From: the human T2T-CHM13v2.0 reference genome, Homo sapiens
Length of the DNA stretch: 64,000 nucleotides
NCBI RefSeq assembly: GCF_009914755.1
Contig: NC_060934.1
Strand: one strand, 5' to 3'
Part shown: positions 30,442-46,779 of the stretch, one piece after another
Layout of the letters: every line of letters starts with the position of its first letter
How positions within the stretch are numbered: the first letter of the stretch is position 1
Notes under the pieces: generated by a model
What the model was told of the DNA's origin: nothing
What the model saw: only the letters and a program-made list of their open reading frames with translations
Databases searched by the model: none
Made by a program: the position numbers and the translations under genes

Positions 30442-31204
30442 ACCTCTCTCAGCCTTCATCGAATTGAAGGGAGTTATGGTCTTGCTCTGGATTAAGCTTT
30501 GCCTTAAAGGAATGTTGTGGCTGCATTAATCTGCTATCCAGACCACTCAAACTTTCTCCATGTTAGCAATAAGGCTATTTTGCTTTCTTAACATTCGTAT
30601 GTTCACTGGAGTAGCACTTTTAATTTCCATCAATAACTTTTCCTTTGCATATACTACTTAATTTACTATTTGGCACAAGAGGCCTAGTTTTTAGCTCATC
30701 TCAGCTTTTGATATGCCTCCCTAAGTGTAATCATTTCTAGCTTTTGATTTGAAGTAAGAAACATGTGACTTTTCCTTTTTTTGAATACTTAGAGACCATT
30801 GTATGGTTATTAATTGACCTAATTTGAAGATTGTTATGTCTCAGGGAATAGGGCCCAAGGATGGGGAGAGGTACAGGAGAACTGCCAGTCAGTGGAGCAG
30901 TCAGAATACACAAGATTTATGAAGTCTGCTGTCTTACATGGGTGAGGTTCATGGTGCCCCAGAACAATTACAAGAGTAACATGAAAGATGTGTGATCACC
31001 AATCACCATAACAGATATAATAATAATGAAAATGTTGTGAGAATTACCAAAATGTGACACAGAGACGAGAAGTGAGCACATGCTGTTGGAAGAACGTCTG
31101 AGAGATTTGCTTGATGCAAGGTTTTTACAAACCTTTAATTTATAAACAATGCAGTATCTGTGGAGTGCAATAAAGTGAAGCTCGATAAAATGATGTATGC
31201 TAGT
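30442..31204 (-). mobile_element. Tigger1 left-end fragment
   Basis: cagatataataataatgaaaa...gtgacacagagacgagaagtgagcacatgctgttgg...gcaataaagtgaagctcgataaaatgatgtatgc resembles the reverse complement of the Tigger1 5' end. Confidence 0.8.
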
Positions 31205-33873
31205 ATGAGTTTTACTTACCACAGTTTCAGTGATGCAAAGTCCTCTAGATTATTGCCAATAATTCAAATTATTTTTGATATTTTTTGCTATACATCTCTT
31301 TGAGAAACAGTTCTTCAAAAATTATGGATTTTTTTCAATTGCACTAACTTTGTCTTTTTGTCCTTATCTTTTCCTATATTAATCTGTAGTCAAATGGTGG
31401 ATAAGCAGAATTCTGTCAAGAGTAACTCCAAAGCTCAGAGAGAAGGTTAAAGAGAAATAGATGATTATCAATTAACGATATAGCAGTGGGTGTGAAGGGT
31501 GTTGGGAGAAGGTCGAACCACTGTATTAGTGACATGGGAGGCACTTACTCTTTGGGCTTCTGATAAGGAACAATCATTATGGAGGGAGACTCATATACTT
31601 CCTGCCACCCTCTTTTACTCCTACCTCTTGCTACACCATTTTCAAGTTTGACCTCTGCTGTGTGTGCTTATTTATACTGTTGCTAACCTTAAGCCTACTC
31701 AGTGATGAGGGAAATGCAGAGAATATGTTTTTTTCAGGAACTGGTCACTGGTTGGACCATAATAGTTTCTTTCAGTCAGTATTGTATCTACCTATAAAAT
31801 TTCCCATTTACTGATATAGAAACACCACTGATGGCTGGTTGTTATTGCTAATATAGGTTTTTTAAATTTGTATAATTTACATAATTTCAATTTTGGAATG
31901 AGAGAGGACTGGCACTTGCATGCTTTGCTCACATCACCATACCACCTAGAAGTACTTGCATTCTTTAGTATTTTATATCAGTCAGAAAATCTTATACTTG
32001 ATATGGATTCTTCCTTTCACATCAAGTTCTTACATATGAGCTTTGCGGACTTTGGATTGAATTTACATATTTGTTCCACCCCACAACAGATTTCATCATT
32101 ACTGTTTTTCTTAAGTTAACATTTACTTTTATATATGTGTTTCCATTTAGTATAATAACCAGTGTAGGGCTGATTAGGTAACCTTGTATTCATGGTTTTA
32201 ATGAATTTAAACCTGTCTGACTATGTCCGTACAATAATTACTCAATCTTCCTCTTTATATATAAAATAACAAAATTAACATCATTCTTTTATAGTCATAC
32301 CTCTTACTAAAAGATGAATGAGTTGGAATATATAAATTATGTTGGATTGCTTTATACATTTGTTTCACTGACAGGATGTATTTGATGAAGAAATGGATTT
32401 GTAGATAATATAGCAAAACAATGTTAAGGTAATATTATAAAAGAAACTTCGTTTTTGTAAAATATTTACTTGTTTTTCTATTGAACAGTACTACTATTGC
32501 TTATATTAAAAATCATTTTGTTTAATATCTATTTTCTTGTCACTTGAGAGTTAAGAGACTAAAATTCTGCTGATATTCATTTTCTTTAAAATGACACATT
32601 TGACTAGGTAACTTCTTTAAAAATTCAAGCATTAATATTCTTTGACTCTTTGAATCTAGTAGATCCAAACTCTTCATTAATTATATAAAAAGATTAGCTG
32701 GCACTGATGAGACTGTCATTTCAGTGGCTAACGTATTTTGGACATAAGTGTAATCGGATCCAGAGAACTCTTCTAAGGGGTCCAAGAGTTTGAGATTAAA
32801 AAGCATATGTACTCCAAAGTCAAGCTTGATTAATGTCGTAAGCAGTTCAGGGGAATATGGAATCCACAAATAGGAATCATATTATACTAGCTAATGTGAG
32901 ATGAATTTTTAATATCCTATGTGTATTTGAAGACAGATTGAAGGGATTTCCGGACCATTTCAAGAGTTACCAAAGGAGAATGTATCACTGCTTTCAGTTC
33001 CGTACCTTTGTCCTTATGGGGGTAAGAAGACAAGTAATAATTAATAATTAAAATTTATGTCATTTACAATGAAATATTTGATTATGTAACGCGACGCTTG
33101 ATTTTATTTGCATAACAGTTTATTTTCATGCAGTAAATTCAGATGTATATATGAAGAAACCTGAAGTGCTAGGCTTGAAGTTTAGAGCAGTATAATCATG
33201 CTTTTTGAATTAATTTCCAAATTATCTTCTTCGGAGCCTGTGAAATATGCGTAGGGCCATCTTTAGCATTACAGTTGGGTATAAGCAGAAAAATCAGCAT
33301 GGCCAACGGAACTGTTCTGTTTAGGGATAGCCCACCTGAAGAATTATATTAACATTCAGGGTTTCTACAGAGGATGAAATACTATATCTATCCAAGATAT
33401 ATTGAATTTACTGGGAGTTATCTCATTGCATAGCCTACTAGCCAATTCTCAGGAATTTTGAACTTGAGATAGTTTGAAAAGTATTGTCACAGGTGCTTTT
33501 CCCTAATTATTTAAACATAAGTGAATTTCAAATAAAATGTAGCACTTTCAATTCTTACCAATTTTTACTTTTCTTCGAACAAATATGCATGGTATATGTC
33601 ACTAAAATGCTAGAAGAAGTTTTATCTGAAAAATATATGGCCTCCATGCAAGCACACAACACATACCTCCATGTATTTTGTCAAAAAGCAAATATTTTAT
33701 GAGTTCCAAATGAAGCTTAGTCCCACAGCTCAAATTCAGAGTTTCAAATGTTTATTTTTTCTTGTTATTGTGAAAATTATTTAGCTCATTTGTTGATTAC
33801 CTTTCCTTAAAATTTCTTTTGTTAGGGATCAGGAATGCCTATGTTCTCTGGTCACTGGGCTTTTGAAATGCAA

Positions 33874-36302
<2,429 letters not shown>

Positions 36303-37811
36303 AAATGCAAAGGGTGGGTTTTAGAACTAAATGTAACATTTAAACAATTAAAAGGTAAATGAAAAATACTAGTATATCTTTATATAGTAGCAAGGAATTA
36401 GCATCCTTAACCTAAAAACCAATCAAACAAACCTCTTAGGAATCACGCAGAAAAACACTCAATAGAAAAATGGGCTAAGAGTATTAATCAGAACTTAATA
36501 AAAATATATTCTCTATTTCCACGAGTATTAATAAATGCAAATTAAAGCAATGGCATGTACGTCCATAAAAATAATTCTCTCTGTTGGTGAAGGTGTTAGG
36601 AACTACCTACTCCCATCTATTGCTGATGACTGTAAACTGATAGAATGTTTGGGTGAAGTTTGGTATAGATGTAACAGAATTAAAAGTGCGTGGTCGTTTC
36701 ACTTCTAGAAGTCTGTACTAAACATATATGTGCACAAAGATTTACAAATACCTGCATATATGTACATATACTTATAGCACTATATGTAGTGCAAACTGGG
36801 AAAAATTATATGTTCAAAATTGGGTTAGGTCATCATGCATTGACATATGTAACCTATAAAATACTTGTAAAATACTAAATGATGGGTGAAATGTTTTTAA
36901 TGTAGTATTTAACCATCACATTCCCTATTACATTTCCACCATTTATTGAAATTTTATTATGTCCTAAGCACCAGGCTTGAGCACTTCCCAATTTTTTCTT
37001 TTTCCTTTCTCTTATTCTTCTCCCTCACTCTCTGCTTGCCTTCCTCCATTCATTCTTTTGATTCATCATTCATCTGCTGAACATCTCCTCATTGCTTGGA
37101 ATTATTATCCATACTGGGTGTCTGATAATGAACAGGACAAACAAGAACTGTACCCTTAAGGAGTTTCTGTTCCAGTGTGGGGTTGGTAGTGATAGATAAT
37201 AAAGAAATAAAGAATGTATCAGACTGTGATCACAATGAAACAGTATAATGTATCATGTATAGTATCATCAAACAGTATCACGTATAGTGAATGACTTTGG
37301 GGCTATAGAATTCTTACAGTCACCATTTTAGTTGGATATTATCCTCATTTTACATTTGAATAAACCCAAAGCCTAAAGAATTTAAGAAACCAGCCTAATG
37401 TTACTTGGGGAAGCTGGGATTTATACTCAGGTCTGTTTGACTTTACAGCCCATCATACCTGTTAACTACTGTGCTGTCCTATCTCTCACACGTTTACAAT
37501 GTAATTCGCTCTTAAACTTTGAAAGAATAGACCCAGTCAACTCTGGCCCCATTGTAGTAATCTAAGTTCTAGGCCTGCGTAAATTCTTTTTTTGTTATTT
37601 TCTCTGCCTCATTGAAACTTACGTGCCAGATGCCTCATTCTTGCTGGATGCCTATAGCAAACTGAATAAATTAAGTTCTTCCATAGCACCAGTTTAATGG
37701 TTTTATATGTTCCTTGGCCCTGCTCTTTGGTGTTACTACACGCTTTTGAATTTAGCAGTATCATTTAATGCCTGAACTCAAGGAGCAAAAAGGTAATGGT
37801 TTAGTTAGGGG

Positions 37812-37842
37812 GGTGTGTGTGTGTGTGTGTTGTGTGTGTGTT

Positions 37843-37873
<31 letters not shown>

Positions 37874-37894
37874 CGCGTGCGCGTGCGCATATAT
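37812..37894. repeat. (TG)n-(CG)n alternating purine/pyrimidine tract
   Basis: gtgtgt...gtgtgcgcgcgcgcgcgtgcgcgtgcgcatatat read directly. Confidence 0.92.
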
Positions 37895-37966
37895 GAATGT
37901 CAAGGTGGTGGTAAGGGTAAATAAGGAGAGAAGCAGGGGAGAAAAGTAGTTTATCTGAAGGGCATT

Positions 37967-38132
37967 TTCCTTTCTTTCTTTCTTTCTTTTTTTTTTTTTT
38001 TTTTTTTTTGGTACAGGTGGGGTTCTTGCCATGTTGCCCAGTCTGGTCTCAAACTCCTGGCCTCAAGTGATCCTCTTGCCTTGGGCTCCTAATATGCTGG
38101 TTATTACAGACCTGAGCCACTGAACCTGACTG
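37967..38132 (-). mobile_element. Alu left-monomer/FLAM-like element with (TTTC)n/T tail
   Basis: gccatgttgcccagtctggtctcaaactcctggcctcaagtgatcc...gagccactg. Confidence 0.8.
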
Positions 38133-38175
38133 GGATCTCTTTCTCTGTGTTCTCCTTAAGAATATCATTTAAATT

Positions 38176-38485
38176 GGTCGGGCGCGGTGGCTCACGCCTG
38201 TAATCCCAGCACTTTGGGAGGCCGAGGTGGGTGGATCACGAGGTCAGGAGATTGAGACCGTCCTGGCTAACATGGTGAAACCCCATCTCTACTAAAAATA
38301 AAAAAAATTAGCCGTGCATGGTGAAGGGCACCTGTAGTCCCAGTTACTCAGGAGACTGAGGCAGGAGAATGGCGGCGTGAACCCTGGAGGTGGAGCTTGC
38401 AGTGAGCCGAGATGCGCCACTGCACTCCAGCCTGGGCGACACAGCAAGACTCTGTCTCAAAAAAACAAACAAACAAACAAAAAGA
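38176..38485 (+). mobile_element. AluY
   Basis: Y diagnostics, (CAAA)n tail, and TSD core atcatttaaat on both sides. Confidence 0.92.
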
Positions 38486-39409
38486 AATCATTTAAATAAC
38501 CTGCTACTCCATCTGGTGGTAGCAATACTAATTATGAGTTATGAAGAATGAGTAAAGTGATTATAACATATTTGTATATGTCTTAAGACATATAAAATGC
38601 TTAATGATTACCAAGCTCTATTACCACATTCTCTTGAGGTACTTATATTTACTTATGTCTATTTGAGTAGTAAAGCCAGTTACTTATCAAATATGCTAAA
38701 AAAGAGCTTTATAAATATACCAAATTGCTTGCTATTTGAAAAATATTATGAGACATAAATCGTTGGTGGTTTTTCCAAATTTCTAGAATTTTCACTAAAT
38801 CCCATCAAATGTTACATAAGCAAAGGACTTTGCACAGTTATAAATTAATGCCTTCATTAATCATTTGTTTAGGAATGTTTAGCTAGGTTTATGAAAATGA
38901 TGTTGATACTTGTTTGCCCACGAGAAGCTCACAATCTAATGGAGAAAGGAATATAAGGAAATATATATAAATATATGTAGCACAGTGTGTTGAGAATAGT
39001 GATTAAGGTCACAGACGTTAAAGTCCATCTATCTAGGGCTTTTTTCCTGGCCTCTCATGTGATAGCTTTTAAACCTTCTTTTATGTCAGTGTTCTCCTCT
39101 GTATAAGGGAGATAATAATAAACCTAGTCTCCTAGGGTTGTGGTGAAGCTTAAATGTGTGGAAGTGTCTTGAAAAAGGAATTTCATTCATCAGACTAATA
39201 GAAGATAAGAGGGACAGTCTAGGCAGAAAGATATATATGCATAGATGTTAGAGAGCACACATACATTTTGAGAAATTTAAATACTTCAATATGAACCCTG
39301 GAAAACCTGGCTAAGCATTTGCACTTTATCCTGTGGGCAGCTGAGATAAATTGTTGAGCTATCTAAGGATGTTAGACATGTGGTCTGGCAGTACACAAAT
39401 AGGTTTGTA

Positions 39410-41390
39410 AGTCATTCATTCATTCAGTGTGTTTTGAGGGTGCACTAAGTTCTCAGGCATTGTTTATAAATGATGAACAAAACAGGCATCCTCTGTGATC
39501 CTATGGGTAGAGTTCATAATCTTGTAGGGGTGTAAAGACAAGTGAGTATATAAATTAATATAAATAATGCTAAGTGACATGAAGGAAAGTAACAAAGTGA
39601 GAAAGGATAATAAGGTTGGAGAGATAATGGGTTGGGGAGAATCTATTTAAATGAGGTTGTTTCTGAAGATTTCTCTGAGGTCCTGGCATTTAACCTGTGC
39701 CCTCAAGGATAACCAGGAGGTGGGGATGGGGGGAAGAATAGGGGTAGAAAACGGGTATCCCAGAAAAAGAAAATTATGTCTATGAAGGCACCCAAGTGTG
39801 AAGCAGCTTGAAGTGTCCTAGAAACTGAAGGATGCCATCACAGATGGACAACAGTGTCAGAGTGGAGAGGTGAGTTTGGAGAGGTCGTCAGGACTCAGTC
39901 ATCCAGAGGCCTACAGGACATGGTCAAGTTTTATTTTATTTGAAGTGCAGTCAGAAGCCACTCAAGGATTTGAAGCAAGGGAATAGAGGATCTGTTTATC
40001 GGGATCTCATTTATAGGTGGTCCTGTTGATTGATTATTAAACCAACTTTTCTAGCTGCACTGTAGAGAATAGATTAGTAAGGGACAAGTGTAAAAGTGGG
40101 GGAAATGACAAGAAGTCTCTTGAATTAGTCTGGGTAAGAGATAGTCGTGGTAGTGCAGATGGAGAAGAGTGGCTAACTGGAAGATACATTTTTGGAGATA
40201 GAATTGGCAGGACTTGCTAATAAATTTGATGTGAGGGGAATGGGAAAAAATAGAAATCCATATTGATTCCTGAAGCTTGGGGAACTGGGTGAAGAGTGGG
40301 ACTACTTACTAAATTAAAAAAATGGAAAACACTGAGTAGAGGATGGTTTCCAGGATGAGGGAAGGAAAAATCAAAAGTTCCATCTTGAAACTAGATTTAA
40401 AAACTCAGCAAATAAAAATACAGAATCCCTAGTTAAACTTGATTTTCAGACAAACAATGAATAATGTTATAGCATAAGTGTGTGCCCGGTGTTACATGAG
40501 ACATGTGTATACTAAAGCATTATTTGTTGTTTATCTGAAATTCAAACTTACCTGAGCATCTTGTATTTTATCTGACAATCCTAATGGTTAACCTGTCTAT
40601 GAGAAATCCAAGTTGAAATGCCAAGTGGGCAGGTAGATATTTGAGCTGGAAACTTAGTAGAGAAATTGGGGCAAGAGCTATAAATGAGGGTCATGAGCAT
40701 TAAAACATGAGAATTTAAGCTGCAAGAATGAATGAGACCATCTAGGTAGGAAGTATAGAAAGAAGAAAACAAGGAAAATGCCCAGAGCTGAACTCTTTAA
40801 CATTTTGAATTAAAGTAGAATGCAAGTCCTTTGAATAATTCAAGAGTGGCCAGAGAGGGTGGAAGGAAGCCAGATCATTGTCATGCTACAGAATTTTTAA
40901 AAAGGAAAATCCAGCCAACTATCAGGGATACTACTGCGTGATGGAATAAAATGTGGAGTGAGAAGGATGCGGTGGATTTGGCAACATTATTGGGAAACTT
41001 AGCAGTACACATTTATATGATGGTTGAGGAAGTAGAGAAAGCACTTGTACCAAAACTTCCAAGAATCTTATTTGAGAAGGAGCAGAAAAAAATAGCATGT
41101 TGACTAGACAGTGACAGTTAAAAACACAAAAAATTCTGAGCTCTTTCAGGGAAGTGTTTAGAGTAAGGAAAGAAGACATTTGAAACAATCTTTGGAATAG
41201 ATAGAAGAAAAGAAAGAGGCAAAAGCAATGGAGGGATGAGGTCTGAGCTACCCCTAAAGGAGGAGTTTCACAGAGACAAAAAGAGAGAGAGGGATTCAAA
41301 ACAGAGGGAGTTGTTGACAGTAGCAGGAGATGCAGAACAATTAAGAAGGAGGAGGCCTAATATAAGCTTATCACGGTAACTTTGCCACTG
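39410..41390 (-). mobile_element. L2 fragment(s)
   Basis: cattcattcattca 3' end and purine-rich L2 antisense motifs (gaagccactcaaggatttgaagcaaggga). Confidence 0.6.
40392..40583. mobile_element. MER53 palindromic MITE
   Basis: aaataaaaatacaga...cagacaaacaatgaataa / ttatttgttgtttatctgaaattcaaac...cttgtattttat form long inverted arms. Confidence 0.8.
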
Positions 41391-41531
41391 TTTTAATTAT
41401 TGTTTTACTGGGACAAACTGTTGGTAGCTGATAGTATTAATCTTCAAAATCTCTTGGATATTTTTAGTCTTTTCTTTATTACATTTAGGAAAACTTGTCT
41501 CAAACTTAGTGTGAAATCCTATTGGGATTTT

Positions 41532-41823
41532 TTCTTTTTTGAGGCAGGGTCTTGCTCTGTTGCCCAGGCTGGAGTACAGTGGTACAGTCTCAGCTCACTG
41601 CAACCTCCACCTCCTGGGTTCAAGAGATCCTCCCACCCCAGCCTCCTGAGTAGCTAGGACTACAGGTGCACATCGCCAAGCCTGGCTCATTTTTGTATTT
41701 TTTTGTAGAGACAGGGTTTCACCATGTTGCCCAGGCTGGTCTCGAACTCCTGGGCTCAAGCATTCTACCCTCCTAGACCTCCCAAATTGCTGGGATTACA
41801 GGCATGAGCCACTGGGCCCAGTC
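41532..41823 (-). mobile_element. Alu (J/S)
   Basis: Full dimer with TSD cctattgggatttt (41518-41531, 41824-41837). Confidence 0.9.
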
Positions 41824-43139
41824 CCTATTGGGATTTTGATTGAGATTGCATTTAATAGTGCAGGAACAACTGTCTATTCATATGGAAAAATACAATATTA
41901 GATAATGCCCTAACACCATTTGCAGTAAATTCCAGATGGAAATGAGGCTATTAGATTGATTTGATGATTATGAAGTCGTTGAGAACTTTTGTCTGAGCAG
42001 TTTCTGAGCAGTGTCTTCTCAGAGGTACATAAGTTTAATTGCAGTGGGCTCAAGAAGGATTGGAGATGGAAAAGTAGAGAGTGTAAATATACAACATTCT
42101 TTCCAGAAGTGTGTCTCTGAGGTAAGCAAAAATAGGGCTGGACCAAATGGCCATAGAGGAGCCCGAGGATTGAAGGACATTTCATCTTTAATGATGGGAG
42201 CTTATTTATAAATTGTTAGCAAAAGGAGAGAATAACAGGTTGAAAATACAGAGAAACATGGAATAATCAATGCAGCAGGGAACCATGTGTAACAGACGGG
42301 AATAGGATCCTGAGTGCAGGTGGAGCTATTCACTTTGGACAGCAGAAGATCTGAATTTTATCTGTGACTACAGCAACAGTGATGCTGATGAGGCAGATGC
42401 CAATGGCTTGGGGTTAAGACAAAACTAAAAAATTCTACCTTGAATTTTCTGGCTGGGATTTGGAATAACGTCACTTACTAAGTGTTCTTGGCTAGAGTTA
42501 GGTAGAGATTTGAGAAGACTATTGAAAGTTTGGTATTGTCACTGTGGGGAAAGGAGGATGAAGTTCAAGTGCACTTAGAAGGATTACTGAAAGCCCAGAT
42601 CGGGTTGGTTTCTCTGAAGTTCTAATCAAAGGAAGAAGAGGCAAAAAACTGAAAGGTAGAAAATATTGGCATCGGTAGTTATGTTAACTGAATGGTTATC
42701 ATCTGATGAACTGCAAATGTTTTGCAAATGGCACTTTGTTTTATGTCCATTTGTTTGTTCTTAAAGTGGATTTATGAATTCATTCTCCATTCTTCAGCGC
42801 ATTTACAGCATTGATATGTGTGACCATTAATTAATTTTAGAGAAATCCCCAGGAGGGAGAGATATAACAGTAATTAGCATCTTCAGTTACAAATGGAAAA
42901 ATTGATGGCTAAAGATACTCCTGAGGTCATACTGCAAACCACTGTTTACTCATAATTAAATGAACTTCCTCCAAATTTAATGAAAGGAGCGTATTTTATG
43001 ACTTTAGTGGGAATAATATGGTTTCAAGGCATCTTGAGCCAGTCCTGTCGTAGGAACTCAGGATATTGTTATAACTAGGCCAATCCTAGTTAAAACTGAA
43101 GTCAGGGGTTTATTTCTTGAGTCTTATTTCCTAATATAG

Positions 43140-43402
43140 CAGAGATTAGCAAACTATGGCTTGCTGCCATTTAGAAAAAAAATCAAATGAGAAAAATATT
43201 TTATGACCTATGAAAATTATATGAAATTCAGATTTCAGTGTCCACAAATACAGTTTTATTGGGATACAGCCACATTTGTTTGTCTACATGTTGCCTCTGG
43301 CTGATTTCATGCTACAGTGGCAGAATTGAATAGTTAAAACAGAGAAGGTATGACCTGGAAGGCCTGAAATATTTGCTCTCTGGCACATTACAGAAAAAGT
43401 CT
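43140..43402 (+). mobile_element. MER58-like hAT MITE
   Basis: gcaaactatggc...cagttttattgggatacagccac...ttacagaaaaagt. Confidence 0.7.
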
Positions 43403-43766
43403 TGTATTAGTCCATTTTCATGCTGCTGATAAAGACATACCTGAGACTAGGCAATTTACAAAAGAAAGAGATTTAATAGACTCACAGTTCCACATGGTTG
43501 GGGAGGCCTCACAATCATGGTGGAAGGTGAAAGCCACGTCTCACATGGTGGCAGACAAGAGAAGGAATGAGAAAGAAGCGAAAGTGGAAACACCTTATAA
43601 AATTGTCAGATCTCATGAGACGTATTCACTACCATGAGAACAGTGTGGGGGAAGCCGCCCCCATGATTCAATTATCTCCCACTGGGTCCCTCCCACAATA
43701 CGTGGGAATTATAGGAATACAATTCAAGATGAGATTTGGGAGAGGACACAGAGCCAAACCACATCA
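43403..43766 (-). mobile_element. THE1 (MaLR) solo LTR
   Basis: tgtattagtccattttcatgctgctgataaagacatacc...gccaaaccacatca with 5-bp TSD agtct (43398-43402, 43767-43771). Confidence 0.92.
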
Positions 43767-46700
43767 AGTCTCCTGTCTCTGAAAATATAGCAGTTGTCTG
43801 GTCTGGTTTCTGCCCCTATCCCCCCATCTCTCACTACCTTACCCATTGGTTCTATCCATTGGCTGGTGTTATATAGTGTATGTCCTCTATGCATTTTGAA
43901 GCTTCCTATTATTTTCCTAATATTCCTATAATTTTTTGTAGCAGTGTTCCTCAAACGAGAGGTTAGGAGCCATCCTTGAGGATGCAGAGCTAATTTATAC
44001 CCTCCACTCCTTGGATATTTTTAGTCTTTACCTTGAAACATGTGGAAAGCTTGTCAAACTCAGTGCAAAATCCTATTGGAATTTTGATTGGTATTGCATT
44101 TAATAGTGCAAAGAACAATTGTCTACAATTGTGTCTACAAAATTTTTTGTTCTTTGGCATTCTCTCTTCACCCAGTTAAAATCACGGGTCTCTAAGGCTA
44201 CAGGAAGGCAACCACAGCGAGGAGCTGCACGTTTTCTCTTTCCGTTGAATATTTTTAGAAATGAGCTTTCATGAAATCAGAGCTCCATCTTATCTTCCCC
44301 TTTCATGTCCATAAAAAAATCATGTTCTCCTCCACACACCTGTAATTATATAACCTGGCTTCCTGAAGGTAAAGGTGAACCTGTTGGTAGGTTTTATTGT
44401 TAGTAATGTTTAGAAGTGATAGATTTCCCCTGGGATTTCACTTTAATTTTAGATCTGAACTCTTCCTCCAGATTACCTCTCTCGTCTCTCTTACCATACA
44501 CAGATCTTAGAAAAGGAATGGAATGAATAGTGGCTCAGTACAGGGGCCTGGGCCACTGACTTCAGACTGAGCCGAGCTCTACTTAGCCTTGAGGGGTGGA
44601 TAGGGCTGTTTTGAAAAGACACTGTTGATCATGCCTTGAGCTGGGATCCTTTAGGGTAGCCAGTAAAAGAGAAAAAAGGCCACTCAACACCCCCATTGAT
44701 TGCTGCTTAATGTTTGTAGAAACAAAACATTGGTTTCCATTTTCCCCTTCAATTTTCCATAATAGCACCCTTCTAATGGTGCCTAAGAAATACATCTGAC
44801 AGGGAGATACTTGTTGCATTTGGAAAAAGGCGGAGTTAACATGAGAAAGTTTAAGTTCAACAGAAATAACGTTCTTACTGACTTTTAAAATCTTGCTTTG
44901 CAAAGTCTCTGAGACTAAATAATCTCTTTAATGCTAATTATTAATCGCAAAGTGAAATCTCTTATTTATAAAGGTACTAGATAAGTGCAGGATTTTTGAG
45001 AAATTAAAATGTATTTAAAGTTTGTCTGCTGATTCATTTAACTTTCCAGTTTATTTTATTTCTCCATAAAGCATTCCTAAATGTAAGTATAGTACTGTTT
45101 TATAATACTGCTGAGGGCTCTTAAGGGGTATATGTTATTTTCTCTTTCAGAATATAATATTCAGATAGGATCATCTTTGACATTTCAGTAATACAGTCAA
45201 TTTTTAGCTCTAGGACCCAAATTTAAAATAGATTAGAGGTAGGACTCATAGTCTCATTTCTAAAATATTTGGCCTTGTATTCCTTATGAAAAATAAAAAG
45301 GATAGGGAAGCAACGTGCATAATAATAGCAGAGAAGTTTAAAACATAAAAAAGGCTATAACCCTTGTGGGCCTATGGCAGTAGAAATTTCATACATAATT
45401 ACTATGGGGGTTATGAGCATCCATATTTATTGTTTATTTACCTTCTGTTTTTGAGCTTCAGGACTCTCTTTATCCATAGAATTTTCTCTTCCTATTAACT
45501 CTTCTTATTAACTCAGAATCACAGAAGTCATGGTTCTGGTGCTCTGTCTGGCTACCTGCTTCTATTTAAAGGTAGCTCTATACCCAAATTCAGTTAGCAA
45601 TTAGCAAAACGTGTACTGGCCATGCCAAGATAACCAGTTTTCCTTTTCCTGGCTCTTGTCTTTTGGAGTTTGCCCTTTCTGCTTTGTAATTCATTCCATG
45701 TTCTTCACCCTTCAACTGCTAGACTCTGGCTGTCCTATTTAGTCACTATTATTAGACACTCACTGTTGGCAGGTGACTGCTCTTTCCAATGAAGTCTCAT
45801 GTGCTTGGGTTGGGTGGCTGTCATTTAAATCTATTATGCAATCAATTTCAAAATCTCTTGTGCAGCCTTTTGAAATTAGGCTGAGCAGACTCCTTCTCAG
45901 ACCTTAAGAAGAAGAGTTTCTTGCAATAGGGTCTCCAAGAATGTAACTTTAAAAAATCATCATAGCTGTTTGTGGTATACCTCCAAGATTGGGAATCATT
46001 GACTTATAACCTTGAAAATTATTTTTTATATCCTGAAACCTAATATCATTTTTGCTCAACTGAGTACCAGAAATGAGACTTTTCTTTGTTAATCTTGTGT
46101 TTGTCACAATCACATAGACACTACAACTTTAAAATATCATGGTTAATCTCTCTTTTTGGCTTTCCTTAGTCAGGGAGAAATGAAACCAAGTGAAGATGTG
46201 TTCCTTGAGGGCAGTGAATTTCAGAGACAATGGAACGTGAATGGAGAGTTTAAGGGCGTTTGAAACTATTCAGGATTCTCCCAGTGAAATTAAATTCCTT
46301 GAGCTGTTTGTCTCAGACCATGAAGGAGCTAGAAGGACATTTTATTTTAAAATGTCTGTGAATGTAGAGAGGGCACAACTGTGAAAGCTGATTCTAAAAG
46401 AAATCAAATGTGAAGGAAAGCCCTTGATTAAACTACTCTGGGTGTTTAGCAGCGTGAAGTGACTGAGAGATGATAAAAGCTACAAGAACAGAAAGGAGTT
46501 TTAAGGTTTTTTTATTTTTTTTCATTGACACAAATAAGCAAACTGAGACATGCTTGCCTGAAACTAAATGAGCAGTTAAACACAGCAACAAATAAACCAA
46601 CATCGCAGAAAGCAAACACGAGTGGCTCACCAGTGAGATAAATATGGGAAATAAGCTAAAAGATATAACTACATAAGACAGATGTAACAAAGACAGCAGA

Positions 46701-46779
46701 TGAGAATCACATATAAATAACAGGAGCAGCTGCAGTTCAGTTGAACCCAGAACCCTCTCTTCTCCCATTATCTCTGTCT

